Source of the DNA: an uncultured delta proteobacterium
GTDB taxonomy: Bacteria > Desulfobacterota > Binatia > Binatales > Binataceae
Assembly: GCA_963724765.1 (NCBI GenBank)
Contig: CAVRVY010000003.1
Coordinates: 480,001 to 544,000, forward strand
Direction of reading: 5' to 3'
Length of the DNA stretch: 64,000 nt
This document shows positions 1 through 9,728 of this stretch, piece after piece (within the stretch, counting starts at the first letter, position 1; each line of letters begins with the position of its first letter). The notes beneath the pieces are model-generated. The model was not told the DNA's origin and made no database searches. It saw only the letters and a program-made list of their open reading frames with translations. Made by a program: the position numbers and the translations under genes.

Positions 1-398
1 CGATCGCCTGCTCAATCCTGGTCTTCAATATGTTCGCGGCCGCGATCCTCACCGCGGCCGCGCGTACCCGGGTCAAGCAATTTCTCAATCCGGAAGATGC
101 CCGAGTGTTGGGCGGCGCCGGCGTCAAGGAGGAGCATCCCGGCGTGCAACGGATGCTCCGGCTGCACCGCAACAACCTCGAGAACATCCTGCCCTTCTTC
201 ACTGTGGCGCTGATCTTCGTCCTGATGGGAGCCTCGGCTTTCGGGGCGCAGATGTATTTCTACACTTTCACCGGCGCGCGGATCGTCTACACGATCACTT
301 ACGCCGCGAAACTGCAGCCGTGGAGGACTGCGGCCTTCGCGCTCGGAGCACTCTGCATGGTCGGGATGCTGGTGCAGATTCTGATCGCCGCGCTCTGA
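1..398 (+). CDS. MAPEG family membrane protein (5' partial)
   Basis: RxHxNxLENxxPF and F..AR..YT..Y motifs; frame is open to the window edge upstream of ATG 30. Confidence 0.85.
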   Translation, partial: IACSILVFNMFAAAILTAAARTRVKQFLNPEDARVLGGAGVKEEHPGVQRMLRLHRNNLENILPFFTVALIFVLMGASAFGAQMYFYTFTGARIVYTITYAAKLQPWRTAAFALGALCMVGMLVQILIAAL

Positions 399-541
399 CG
401 CGTTGATACGGCGGGCGCCAGGAGGGCGGTTCACGCCTCCCCCAAAACAATTGGTGGAGGGAATTGGAGATCGAGGCCGGCGCGGCCGCTCGTGACGGGG
501 CGCGGCCGGTCGTGATAACCTTGCCCTACACGAGGTTGATC

Positions 542-2902
542 ATGGCGGATTCCAGCAACGGCTCTTCCAACGGTTCTTTGCAGAAAAAAGACTTCCGGGT
601 CATCGGCACCCGGCCTATCCGGCACGACGGGATCGAAAAGGTCACCGGGCGCGCCAAGTACGGCGCCGATTATTCATTCCCGGGGATGCTCTATGGTAAG
701 GTCCTGCGCAGCCCCCATGCCCACGCCCGACTGGTCGCGATTCGCACCGAGAAGGCCGCGGCGCTGCCCGGAGTGAAAGCGATAATCACCGGCGCCGACC
801 TTCCCGAAATTCCCGGCACCACCGCGATGATGGGCGAACTCGTAGTCAATACGCATTATCTCTCGCTCAACGTGATGGCGCGCGGCAAGGTACTGTACGA
901 CGGCCACGCAGTCGCCGCGGTCGCCGCCACCAGTCCGCATATCGCCGAGGAGGCGCTGCGCCTGATCGAGGTCGACTACGAACCGCTGCCCCCGGTGATG
1001 ACCGCCGAGGCCGCGATGAAGCCGGATGCGGCGATCCTGTTACCCGAGATTCGCCAGAAATTTATCGCCGGTCGCACCGATCCCGGATCGCCCGAGGGCC
1101 CCGACCAACCGACCAATGTCGCCGCGCATATCCAATTCCAGCGCGGCGACCTCGAAGCCGGCTTCCGCGCGGCCGACTATGTCGTCGAGCGCGAGTTCAA
1201 AACCGCCACCGTGCATCAGGGCTATATCGAGCCGCATAACGCCGTCGCGCTCTACAGTTCCGACGGCCACGCGACCATCTACTGCTCGACCCAGGGCACC
1301 TTCAACGTGCGCACGCTCACCGCCACCGTGCTCAAGATGTCCGAAGGCGAGATCAAGGTGGTACCAGCGGAGATCGGCGGCGGATTCGGCGGCAAGACCA
1401 CGATCTATCTCGAGCCGCTGGCCGTGCTGCTCGCGCAAAAAAGCGGGCGGCCGGTCAAGATGACGATGAACCGCGCCGAGGTGCTGCGCGCCAGCGGCCC
1501 GACTTCGGGCACCTGGATCAAGGGCAAGATGGGTGCGACGCGCGACGGCAAAATCACCGCCGCGCAGTTCTGGATGGCCTACGAGGCGGGCGCTTTTCCC
1601 GGCTCGCCGTTCGCGCCGGGCGCGATGTGCTGCACCGCCCCGTACGACATTCCCAACCTGCTCCTTGACTCGTACGACGTGGTGGTCAACCGGCCCAAGG
1701 TCGCGGCCTATCGCGCACCGGGATCGCCCAGCTCGGCCTTTGCCTGCGAATCGCTGGTCGACGAACTGGCGCTGCGCTGCGGAATCGATCCGCTCGAGAT
1801 CCGTATCTTAAATGGCGCCCACGAGGGCACTCCGCAACCCGCCGGGCCGCCGTACAAACGTATCGGTTTCATCGAAACTTGCGAGGCGATGAAAAACAGC
1901 GAGTACTACCGCTCGCGCCTGGAGGGCCCCAATCGCGGGCGCGGCGTCGCCGCCGGCTTCTGGTTCAACGGCGGACTGCAATCGGCGGCGGCGGTCAACC
2001 TGCACAACGACGGCACGCTGAGCGTGGTCACCGGCTCGGTCGATATTGGCGGCTCGCGCGCCGCGATGGCGATGATCGCGGCCGAGGTGCTCGGCGTCGA
2101 GGCCGAAGACGTGCGCCCGATCGTCGCCGACACCGACTCGATCGGCCATACCGACGTGACCGGCGGCAGCCGTATTACGCTCGCCACCGGGATGGCGGTC
2201 TACGAGGCGGCCGAGGACGTGGTGCGCCAGCTCAAGGAACGCGCCGCCAAGCTGTGGGACAAGAAGCCCGAAGAAGTCGAGTTCAATCACGGGCGCTTGA
2301 GCGCGATCGGCAACGGCGTCAAGCCGATGACGATCAAGGAGATCGTCCCAAAGCTCGGCCGTACCGGCGGACCGATAACCGGCCGCGCCACCCTCAACGC
2401 CGGCGCGGTGGGCGCGGTCGGCAACGCCTTCGCGGTCACCTGCGTCGACGTCGAAGTCGATCCGGATACCGGCAAGGTGAAAATTCTGCGCTGCGCCGTC
2501 GCCCAGGACGTCGGCCGCGCGATCCATCCGGCCTACGTCGAGGGGCAGTTGCAGGGCGCCACGGCCCAGGGAATCGGATGGGCGCTCAACGAGGAATACG
2601 TCTACGACGAACGCGGCATCATGCGTAACACGGGGCTACTGGATTACCGGATGCCGACCTGCCTGGATCTGCCGATGATCGAGACGATTATCGTCGAAGT
2701 CCCCAACCCCAGCCATCCGCTCGGCGTGCGCGGCGTGGGCGAAGTCTCGATCGTGTCGCCGATGGCTGCGGTCGCAAACGCTCTCTACCGCGCGGTCGGA
2801 GTACGGATGACCGAGTTGCCAATGTCGCCGCCGAAACTGCTCAAGGCGATGCTGCAGCATCAGCGGGCCGGCGAGGAATTACATACCGCGGCCGCCGACT
2901 AA
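542..2902 (+). CDS. Xanthine dehydrogenase/aldehyde oxidase family molybdopterin-binding large subunit
   Basis: KVTGRAKY, LRSPHAHA, IGGGFGGK, AYRAPG, VEGQLQG, GVGE motifs; ATG 542 follows a GAGGT SD. Confidence 0.93.
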   Translation: MADSSNGSSNGSLQKKDFRVIGTRPIRHDGIEKVTGRAKYGADYSFPGMLYGKVLRSPHAHARLVAIRTEKAAALPGVKAIITGADLPEIPGTTAMMGELVVNTHYLSLNVMARGKVLYDGHAVAAVAATSPHIAEEALRLIEVDYEPLPPVMTAEAAMKPDAAILLPEIRQKFIAGRTDPGSPEGPDQPTNVAAHIQFQRGDLEAGFRAADYVVEREFKTATVHQGYIEPHNAVALYSSDGHATIYCSTQGTFNVRTLTATVLKMSEGEIKVVPAEIGGGFGGKTTIYLEPLAVLLAQKSGRPVKMTMNRAEVLRASGPTSGTWIKGKMGATRDGKITAAQFWMAYEAGAFPGSPFAPGAMCCTAPYDIPNLLLDSYDVVVNRPKVAAYRAPGSPSSAFACESLVDELALRCGIDPLEIRILNGAHEGTPQPAGPPYKRIGFIETCEAMKNSEYYRSRLEGPNRGRGVAAGFWFNGGLQSAAAVNLHNDGTLSVVTGSVDIGGSRAAMAMIAAEVLGVEAEDVRPIVADTDSIGHTDVTGGSRITLATGMAVYEAAEDVVRQLKERAAKLWDKKPEEVEFNHGRLSAIGNGVKPMTIKEIVPKLGRTGGPITGRATLNAGAVGAVGNAFAVTCVDVEVDPDTGKVKILRCAVAQDVGRAIHPAYVEGQLQGATAQGIGWALNEEYVYDERGIMRNTGLLDYRMPTCLDLPMIETIIVEVPNPSHPLGVRGVGEVSIVSPMAAVANALYRAVGVRMTELPMSPPKLLKAMLQHQRAGEELHTAAAD

Positions 2903-3078
2903 TAGGGAATCGCGCCCCAATTTCGCTTCAGAGAGATCGTTAGCGCCTGCCACGATGGCTGGCATCACCGATACTCGTGCGCTGAGACTGTCAAAAGCGA
3001 CGCTAGTCAGTTTAGGCTGGTTTTGCAGCAATAGGGCGTGATCTGAAGTTTTTGCGCTTCATTCCATCATAGAACCTA

Positions 3079-3106
3079 TTGCAACTAATTATAACTGGCG
3101 TACAAT
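3079..3106 (+). promoter_or_regulatory. Sigma70-like promoter TTGCAA-16-TACAAT
   Basis: Near-consensus hexamers in an AT-rich patch, directly upstream of two hairpins. Confidence 0.6.
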
Positions 3107-3112
3107 GAGGTC

Positions 3113-3192
3113 GCTGGCCGGGGTTTGCCCCCCCTTTTCCCGGTTGGCTTGGGGCCGGACGGCGCAAGCCGTTCGGCCTCGACTACCTCTTT
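3113..3192 (+). ncRNA. Candidate sRNA: stem-loop with C7 loop plus GCAA-capped 13-bp hairpin
   Basis: 11-bp stem (3113-3123/3138-3148) with loop UUUGCCCCCCCUUU; 13-bp stem 3151-3180 with GNRA loop; G-U pairs favour the + strand. Confidence 0.55.
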
Positions 3193-3302
3193 GGCATGCC
3201 GCCCTCGCGATGTCTACGACGCGGGCGCTCAGGTTGCGCCGTCAGCGATAATTCGGAATTCCAAACTTCGCCGTACCAGGATTTCACGCGAGTGAACTGT
3301 GT

Positions 3303-3337
3303 AATTGACCGCGGGAATTGACTCGCGGGCAATTGAC
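3303..3337 (+). repeat. Three AATTGAC direct repeats upstream of the coxD-like gene
   Basis: AATTGAC at 3303, 3316 and 3331. Confidence 0.6.
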
Positions 3338-3414
3338 TACGTGGTCGCTGACCGCGATGCTTAGCTTCTCCATCGCGCAACCTGAACGATCGAACTCAAT
3401 GTCACGCAAGCAAG

Positions 3415-4287
3415 ATGAACGTCACGCCCGAATTCGTTAGCGAGGGCCTGCGGCGCGCGCGCTACATCACCAACGAGCGCGTGCAGACCGCGGTCTTTCT
3501 CGCGCTGGCGCTCGATAAGCCGCTGCTCATCGAAGGCCCTGCGGGTTCGGGCAAGACCGAAGTGGCGAAGGTGTTGGCGGAGATGCTCGGCGCCGAGCTT
3601 ATCCGGCTGCAATGCTACGAAGGACTCGACGAGGCCCGCGCGCTCTATGAATGGAACTATCAGAAACAGCTTCTGCGTCTGCAGGCCGATGAGCATCAGG
3701 GACTGCGCTGGGAAGACGTCTCCGAGCATCTGTTCTCGCGCGAGTACCTGCTCGAGCGCCCGCTGTTGCGTGCGATCTCTTCGCCGCGCAAAGTCGTCCT
3801 TCTGATCGACGAGATCGACAAGGCCGACGACGAGTTCGAGGCCTTCCTGCTCGAACTGCTTTCCGACTTCCAGGTCACGGTTCCTGAACTCGGCACGCTT
3901 CGCGCCCGCGAACATCCGGTCGTCGTGCTGACGTCCAACCGCGCGCGCGAACTCTCGGAAGCGCTGCGGCGGCGCTGCCTGCATCTGTTCATCGACTTCC
4001 CCGGCCTCGAACAGGAGCGGCGTATTATCGAACTCAAACTTCCGGAACTCGACGCGCAACTTGCCGCCGACGCCGCGCGCTTCGTCAATGCGCTGCGCAA
4101 GCTCGGGCTCAAGAAGCCGCCGTCGATCGCCGAGACGCTCGACTGGGCGCGCGCCTTGCTGCGCCTGGGCGTAACGCAACTCGACGCGTCCGCGATCCGT
4201 TCCGCGCTCGGCATGTTGCTCAAACACGAGGACGACCGCGCCAAAGTCGAAGCCAAAGCGGGCGCGCTCGCCGCGCGCCCGCGATGA
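3415..4287 (+). CDS. MoxR-family AAA+ ATPase (CoxD-like)
   Basis: GPAGSGKT Walker A, RLQCYEGLD, LLIDEIDK, LSEALRRRC. Confidence 0.92.
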   Translation: MNVTPEFVSEGLRRARYITNERVQTAVFLALALDKPLLIEGPAGSGKTEVAKVLAEMLGAELIRLQCYEGLDEARALYEWNYQKQLLRLQADEHQGLRWEDVSEHLFSREYLLERPLLRAISSPRKVVLLIDEIDKADDEFEAFLLELLSDFQVTVPELGTLRAREHPVVVLTSNRARELSEALRRRCLHLFIDFPGLEQERRIIELKLPELDAQLAADAARFVNALRKLGLKKPPSIAETLDWARALLRLGVTQLDASAIRSALGMLLKHEDDRAKVEAKAGALAARPR

Positions 4288-5600
4288 GCACGCTCAGCGC
4301 CGAGTTGCTGCGCTTCGTCGGCGAACTGCGCCTGGCCGAAGTGCCGGTGTCAGTGGCCGAGACGCTGGACGCGATGCGCGCGGTCGCGGCGGCCGGGCTC
4401 GCCGACCGCGCGCGCGTGCGCGAGGCGCTGGCGGCGGCGCTGATCAAGGACGAGGCCGACCGCGAGTCGTTCGACGAGGTATTCGCCCGCTTCTTCGGCC
4501 CGGGCACCGGGACGGCCCGCTTCGCGGGCCGTCCCGGTGCCCATCAGCGCCTCGCCGCGGCCGCCGGCGGTGGCCGCGGCGAAGCGGGAGCGTCGGCCCC
4601 GACGCGCGCCGAGCGCGCGCGGACCGACGCTCCGCCCCATGGCGGCGCGCCTGCGAGCGCGCCGCCGCAGCAGGCGAGGCCTGAGCCGGAGGAGGCGCGC
4701 GCGAAAGCGCCCGCCTCCTCCGGCAACGATGCTCCGCCGCGCCATCGCGCGGCGGAGTCCACTGTGGAGGGGGGCGGCGTCCCTAAGGACGCCGCCCCCC
4801 TCCACGCGCGCGCGATCCAGACCGACGCTGGCGGCGAAGCCGACGAGCCTGGAGGGGACGCACGCCATCAGGCTACGCTTCGCGACGCCCGCTGCGCACC
4901 ATTCGCGCTATACACCGAGCTCGACTATGAAGCCGCGCGCGATGCCCTGGCGCCGCTCGCACGCCGCTTTCGCCTGCGGCTGGGCCGTCGGCTTCACGCC
5001 GCGCCACGCGGCCGGGTCGATTTCCGGCGCACCATCCGCGCCTCCTTACAGCGCGGCGGAGCGTTGGCCGACCTGCACTTTCGCGCGCGGCGCCCGCGCC
5101 ATGCCGACCTTCTCATCCTGGCCGACGTTTCAGGCTCCGTACGCTACTGCTCGGCACTGATGCTAGAGCTGGTGGCGGGCGTCCTCGGACATTTCCGGCG
5201 CGTTCGCAGCTTCGTCTTCGTCGACCGTCTCGCCGAGGCTGAATTCTCCGGCGGCCACGTCGTTACCGAGCCGACGCTGGATCTCTACGCGCGATCGGAT
5301 TTCGGCCGGGTGCTAAGCGAACTGTGGGAGCGGCGCTCGGAACTGCTCTCACGGACAACCCTGATGGTGATACTGGGGGATGGGCGTAACAATCGACGGC
5401 CGGCGCGAGCCGACCTGCTTCGCGATTTGCGACGGCTGTGCCGGGCCGCCGTATGGCTGATTCCGGAGTCGGCCGAACGATGGGGCACTGGCGACAGCGC
5501 CATCCATCAGTACGCGCGCGAGGTTGACGCCCTCCATCGATGTGCCAACCTGAGCGAGCTTGAGCGTTCGCTCGAACGTTCGATCAGAACGGTTTTTTGA
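4284..5600 (+). CDS. VWA-domain protein (CoxE-like)
   Basis: DVSGS MIDAS, GDGRNN, WGTGDS; ATGA overlap with the ATPase; long Ala/Pro/Gly linker. Confidence 0.88.
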   Translation: MSTLSAELLRFVGELRLAEVPVSVAETLDAMRAVAAAGLADRARVREALAAALIKDEADRESFDEVFARFFGPGTGTARFAGRPGAHQRLAAAAGGGRGEAGASAPTRAERARTDAPPHGGAPASAPPQQARPEPEEARAKAPASSGNDAPPRHRAAESTVEGGGVPKDAAPLHARAIQTDAGGEADEPGGDARHQATLRDARCAPFALYTELDYEAARDALAPLARRFRLRLGRRLHAAPRGRVDFRRTIRASLQRGGALADLHFRARRPRHADLLILADVSGSVRYCSALMLELVAGVLGHFRRVRSFVFVDRLAEAEFSGGHVVTEPTLDLYARSDFGRVLSELWERRSELLSRTTLMVILGDGRNNRRPARADLLRDLRRLCRAAVWLIPESAERWGTGDSAIHQYAREVDALHRCANLSELERSLERSIRTVF

Positions 5601-5709
5601 CCTCAGAGGCTAAATTTGTGCCTTTTAACCGCTTAGTGGTTGACATGCGCGCTTAAGGGCGTAAAAATGCGCGTGCGGATGGGCTCTGACCTCTCAAAGA
5701 CATCTTTTC

Positions 5710-6537
5710 ATGAGTAAATTAACAATCTTACGTCTGCTTTTAGCATCCGTCGTCGCGCTTACGCTGTCTATTGCAAATCGTGCGATGGCGCAGGCGACGC
5801 CCGCCGGCTCGGTGACCTCGCTCACCGGCGACGTGCATGTCGAGCGCGGCGGAACCACTGTGCCGGCCACGCAGGGCATGGCGGTTGATGTGGGCGACCG
5901 GGTCGTCACCGGCGCCAACAGCCGCGCCAGTATAACGCTGACTGACAACAGCCGACTGGAGCTGGACGAATCGAGCTCTCTGGTTATCGACCAGCAGATG
6001 GTCGGAGCCCACACGCGCAACACCAAGCTGAGCCTGTTCACGGGATTGGTGCGTTCATTCGTATCGTACACGTCGTCGCCGACCCCGAATTTCGAGGTGC
6101 ATACGCCCAACGCGGTTGCCTCGGCGCGCGGCACCGAATACGACACGTCCACTAGCACCCAGGCGCCCGGCACCATGAGCGAGGAAGATCGCAAGAAGTA
6201 CAAGGATTGCCGCCGGTTCACCCAGGTGTCTGTGTATGAAGGCACAGTCGAGGTACTCAATACGACCAACCCTGGCGGCGGATCGGTGCAGGTACCTTCG
6301 GGTCACAGGACGTGGGTGGTATGCGGTCTGGCGCCCTTCCCGCCGAGCGAGATCGCCGCGGCCGGTGCGGCTGCTGGGGCGGCTGCCGGTGCGGGCGCGA
6401 CTACCGCCAGTCTGGGTGGGCTGTTCATCGGCGGCGCTATCGTAGCCGGCGGTACGGTGGGCGGACTGGCCGCCGGCGGGGCATTCGGTGGTGGCAACGG
6501 TCACGGGCACAAGAAGAGCAAGAGCCCGGACCAATAG
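5710..6537 (+). CDS. Secreted FecR-domain protein
   Basis: Signal peptide; GDRVVTG, FEVHTPNAVASARGT, VSVYEGTVEV; Gly/Ala-rich hydrophobic C-terminal tail. Confidence 0.85.
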   Translation: MSKLTILRLLLASVVALTLSIANRAMAQATPAGSVTSLTGDVHVERGGTTVPATQGMAVDVGDRVVTGANSRASITLTDNSRLELDESSSLVIDQQMVGAHTRNTKLSLFTGLVRSFVSYTSSPTPNFEVHTPNAVASARGTEYDTSTSTQAPGTMSEEDRKKYKDCRRFTQVSVYEGTVEVLNTTNPGGGSVQVPSGHRTWVVCGLAPFPPSEIAAAGAAAGAAAGAGATTASLGGLFIGGAIVAGGTVGGLAAGGAFGGGNGHGHKKSKSPDQ

Positions 6538-6726
6538 CCTGAGCCCCGTCGCTCCATACATCGTCCGAATCTACGCGCACGCGACTCTCCACACGCACAA
6601 CCCGTCATACGCACAACTGAGCGCGCACGCGGACCTGGTACGCGTGCACCTAGACTGTTGGGCAACGGTCATGCACGGTTGGTCGTGGATGGCGCAACGC
6701 GCTAAGCTCTGAGTCGTTCGCCCGCG

Positions 6727-8970
6727 ATGGCCACGACGACAAGTGTCAGAACGCGCCGCCACCGGCACGCATGGCGCCCGCTGCTCATCGGGATCATCGT
6801 TCTGATCGCGATCTTCATCTTCAACGGGCTCCATCCCGCCGTCTTCGAGTTGGCCGATCTGAAGGCCTCCGACCTCAGGATGTACGTGACGCGGCGGCCG
6901 CCGCTGACCGGTGCGGTAGTGATCGCGGCGATCGACGAGAAGAGCGTCGCCGAGCTGGGCCATTGGCCCTGGCCGCGCAGTGTCGAGGCGCGGCTGACCG
7001 ACGCGCTGCGCTACTACAAGGCCGCGGTAGTCGGTTACGACGTCCTATTCAGCGAACGCGACGAGGACGATGTCCAAGCCGAGCAGATAGCCGCGCGCCT
7101 GAAGCGTTTGGGGATTGGCGACGCCGCGGTCGAGCAGACCCTGGGTACTGGCAATGACCTCGCCTTCGCCAACGCCGTAAAGCAGGAGGGTTCGACTTTC
7201 CTCGGTTACGCCTTTGAAAGCCACTTCGATCTCAAGGACGCCCAACATGTCCTCTCCGTCCCGGTTCCGACCGGCTTCAAGACTGAACCGATCGCGCCGC
7301 CGCCGCTCGCTTACAATTTGGTACGCGAGTTGCCGGGCGCGGCGCCGGTTTTGATTGCGGCGCGCGCCTACCTGCCGCCGGTCGCGGTGCTCAACAGTGC
7401 GGCGCGCGGAATCGGCTACGTCGATATCGAAGCCGATTCCGACGGCGTGTTGCGCTCGGAGATCGCGGTTATTCGTTTCGGCAAGCGCTACTGCGTGCCG
7501 CTCTACCTGGCGCTAACCGCGGCTTATCTGAAGAACGCGCCGTTGGGATTGGTGGCTGGCTCCGAGGGCGTGCGCCAGATAACGCTCGGCGATGAAGAGA
7601 TTCCAGTGGACGAGATCGGACGAATGCTGATCGATTTCCGCGGGCCGCCCGGCACGTTTCCCGCCTACTCGATCTCCGACCTCATCGCCCATCGCGTGCC
7701 GCCCGCCGCCGTGGCAGGGAAAATCGTGCTGGTCGGGATGACCGCGCATGCGCTCGGCGACCGCAAGGTCACACCGACCGGCGGCGACTTTCCGGGCGTC
7801 GAGATTCACGCCAATGCGATCGACAATGTGCTGCGCGGCGACTTCGTCAGGCGTTCGCGCGTGGAAGGTACCGCCGAAGAGGAGGCGGAGGCGCTGGTGC
7901 TGGTGCTCGCGATCAGCCTGGCCGCGGCCTATCTCTCACCGCTATGGTCGGCGGGCGCCGCACTGTGGGTGATCTTCGGCTTTTCGGCCTATGCACAGTA
8001 TCGCCTGGTGGACGACGGCGTGCTGATCTACGTGGTTCTGCCCCTGGCCTCCGCGCTTCTCACCTACATGGTGCTGGCCACTTATCGTTACATGACCGAG
8101 GGCAGCGAGAAACGCTACATGCGCTCGGCCCTCGAGCACTATCTCAACCCGGACGTGGTTGAGTCAGTGGTCGACGATCCGGGTGGGTTGAGGCTTAGTG
8201 GAGAACGCCGGCATCTCGCGATCCTGTTTTCCGATATCGTCAACTTCACCTCACGCGCCGAGCGTTTCGAAGCCGAGCGGCTCGTGTCCCTGCTCAACGC
8301 CTACATGAACGAGATGTGCAAGATCATCCTCGATTCGAAGGGCACGCTGGACAAGCTGATGGGTGACGGGATCATGGCGTTTTGGGGTGCGCCGAAGGAA
8401 ATCGAGAATCCCGCGGGCGCTGCGATTGACTGCGCACTCAAGATGCTCGAAAAACTCGAGAGGCTGCGCCAGGACGACGAACGCTTCGCGGACGTCAGGA
8501 TCGGCATCGGGATTGCCACCGGCGACGCGATTGTAGGCAACCTCGGCAGCGAGCATCGCTTCGACTATTCGGCCGTCGGCGACACGGTCAATCTGGCCTC
8601 GCGCCTGGAAGGGCTGACGCGCCATTTCCAGGTCCGTCTGCTGGTCAACCGCCAGACCCTGGCCGAAGCCGCCGGCAACTACTGCGCGCGCGAGGTCGGG
8701 CTGGTCAAAGTCAAGGGCAAGGAGCAACTGGTGCCGATCGTCGACGTCGCCGGGCGCGCCGGCAACGGCATCGACCCCACCTTTTACGAACGCTTCAACC
8801 GCGCGCTCGAGCACATCCGCAACGGCGAGGCGACCGCCGCGAACATGATGCTCCAAGCGCTCAGCCGCGAAGCGCCCGACGACGCGCTGGTCAATCTCTA
8901 TCTCGAAAAGATCGTCGAGGCGACCGACGGCCAGCCGACCGAGATGGTCTTCGAGTTCGAAACCAAGTAG
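6727..8970 (+). CDS. CHASE2-domain class III adenylate/guanylate cyclase
   Basis: IDEKS..LGHWPWPR CHASE2 motif, three TM helices, FSDIVNFT, DKLMGDGIMA, GDTVNLASRLE. Confidence 0.93.
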   Translation: MATTTSVRTRRHRHAWRPLLIGIIVLIAIFIFNGLHPAVFELADLKASDLRMYVTRRPPLTGAVVIAAIDEKSVAELGHWPWPRSVEARLTDALRYYKAAVVGYDVLFSERDEDDVQAEQIAARLKRLGIGDAAVEQTLGTGNDLAFANAVKQEGSTFLGYAFESHFDLKDAQHVLSVPVPTGFKTEPIAPPPLAYNLVRELPGAAPVLIAARAYLPPVAVLNSAARGIGYVDIEADSDGVLRSEIAVIRFGKRYCVPLYLALTAAYLKNAPLGLVAGSEGVRQITLGDEEIPVDEIGRMLIDFRGPPGTFPAYSISDLIAHRVPPAAVAGKIVLVGMTAHALGDRKVTPTGGDFPGVEIHANAIDNVLRGDFVRRSRVEGTAEEEAEALVLVLAISLAAAYLSPLWSAGAALWVIFGFSAYAQYRLVDDGVLIYVVLPLASALLTYMVLATYRYMTEGSEKRYMRSALEHYLNPDVVESVVDDPGGLRLSGERRHLAILFSDIVNFTSRAERFEAERLVSLLNAYMNEMCKIILDSKGTLDKLMGDGIMAFWGAPKEIENPAGAAIDCALKMLEKLERLRQDDERFADVRIGIGIATGDAIVGNLGSEHRFDYSAVGDTVNLASRLEGLTRHFQVRLLVNRQTLAEAAGNYCAREVGLVKVKGKEQLVPIVDVAGRAGNGIDPTFYERFNRALEHIRNGEATAANMMLQALSREAPDDALVNLYLEKIVEATDGQPTEMVFEFETK

Positions 8971-8996
8971 CCCCGCGCGCGGCGGCCGCCGCAAAC

Positions 8997-9668
8997 TCAG
9001 AGCACGACGAAGTCCTGCGTGATGATGAACGGGAACGGATGCGTGGTGTCGATGAAGTTGGGCTCGTCGGCGCGCACCGCGCGGTACTCCGGCGTGGTCG
9101 CCGATTCGCGCATCGCGGCGGTCGAATCGAACCAGACCTCGGCCACGCCGTCGTACGGGGGCTGGCGGCCGTCGCGATAGGCGGCCGGCCGCACGTGACA
9201 CTGCACGTAGCGCCGAACCATCGGGATCTTCGCCCCGAGCGGACCGTGCACGCCGCTCCAGTGGTGCTGGAACGCCTCGACCGACATCCCGGGCTTGCGC
9301 GTGACGAACTCGACTAGGTGCACCATCGACGGATCGGGCGGCCCGTCCTTCTGCACCCGTTCGTCGGTGATGACGAAATCGATCTTCGCGAGGTCGATAA
9401 AATTCGGCTCGTCGGCGCGCACGGCCTTGTACTGCGCGGTCTGCACGCCCTCGCGCATCGCCGCGGTCGAATCGAACCACACTTCGGCCACGCCGTCGTA
9501 GGCGGGCTCGCCGTTGCGGTAGCCCGACGGAATCGTATGGCACTGAACGTAGCGCCGCAGCCCCGGCAGCTTGATGACTATCGCGGCGTGTTGCGTGCGC
9601 CAGTATTTTCCGAAGTCGTCGACGCTCATCCCGGGCTTGCGCTTGATGAACGTAATCGTTTTGACCAT
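8997..9668 (-). CDS. Tandem EthD-domain protein
   Basis: Two copies of RKPGMS..F..W...H...RRYVQCH...YDGVAEVWFDS...DEPNFID; GGAGG SD before ATG 9668. Confidence 0.85.
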   Translation of the reverse strand: MVKTITFIKRKPGMSVDDFGKYWRTQHAAIVIKLPGLRRYVQCHTIPSGYRNGEPAYDGVAEVWFDSTAAMREGVQTAQYKAVRADEPNFIDLAKIDFVITDERVQKDGPPDPSMVHLVEFVTRKPGMSVEAFQHHWSGVHGPLGAKIPMVRRYVQCHVRPAAYRDGRQPPYDGVAEVWFDSTAAMRESATTPEYRAVRADEPNFIDTTHPFPFIITQDFVVL

Positions 9669-9728
9669 GGGTGATGCCTCCGTGGGGGCTGCCGGCGTGC
9701 TGCGCACCTAACGGCTTGAGCGCCTCGC

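Noticed and set aside
542-2902. Aerobic CO dehydrogenase CoxL
   Set aside because: Lacks the AYxCSFR Cu-binding loop; no coxM or coxS nearby
6659-6676. Sigma54 promoter upstream of the cyclase gene
   Set aside because: GG-N10-GC spacing is present but the flanks match TGGCAC/TTGC poorly
8997-9668. DNA repeat suggesting a mobile element or misassembly
   Set aside because: In-frame intragenic duplication of an EthD domain with synonymous divergence
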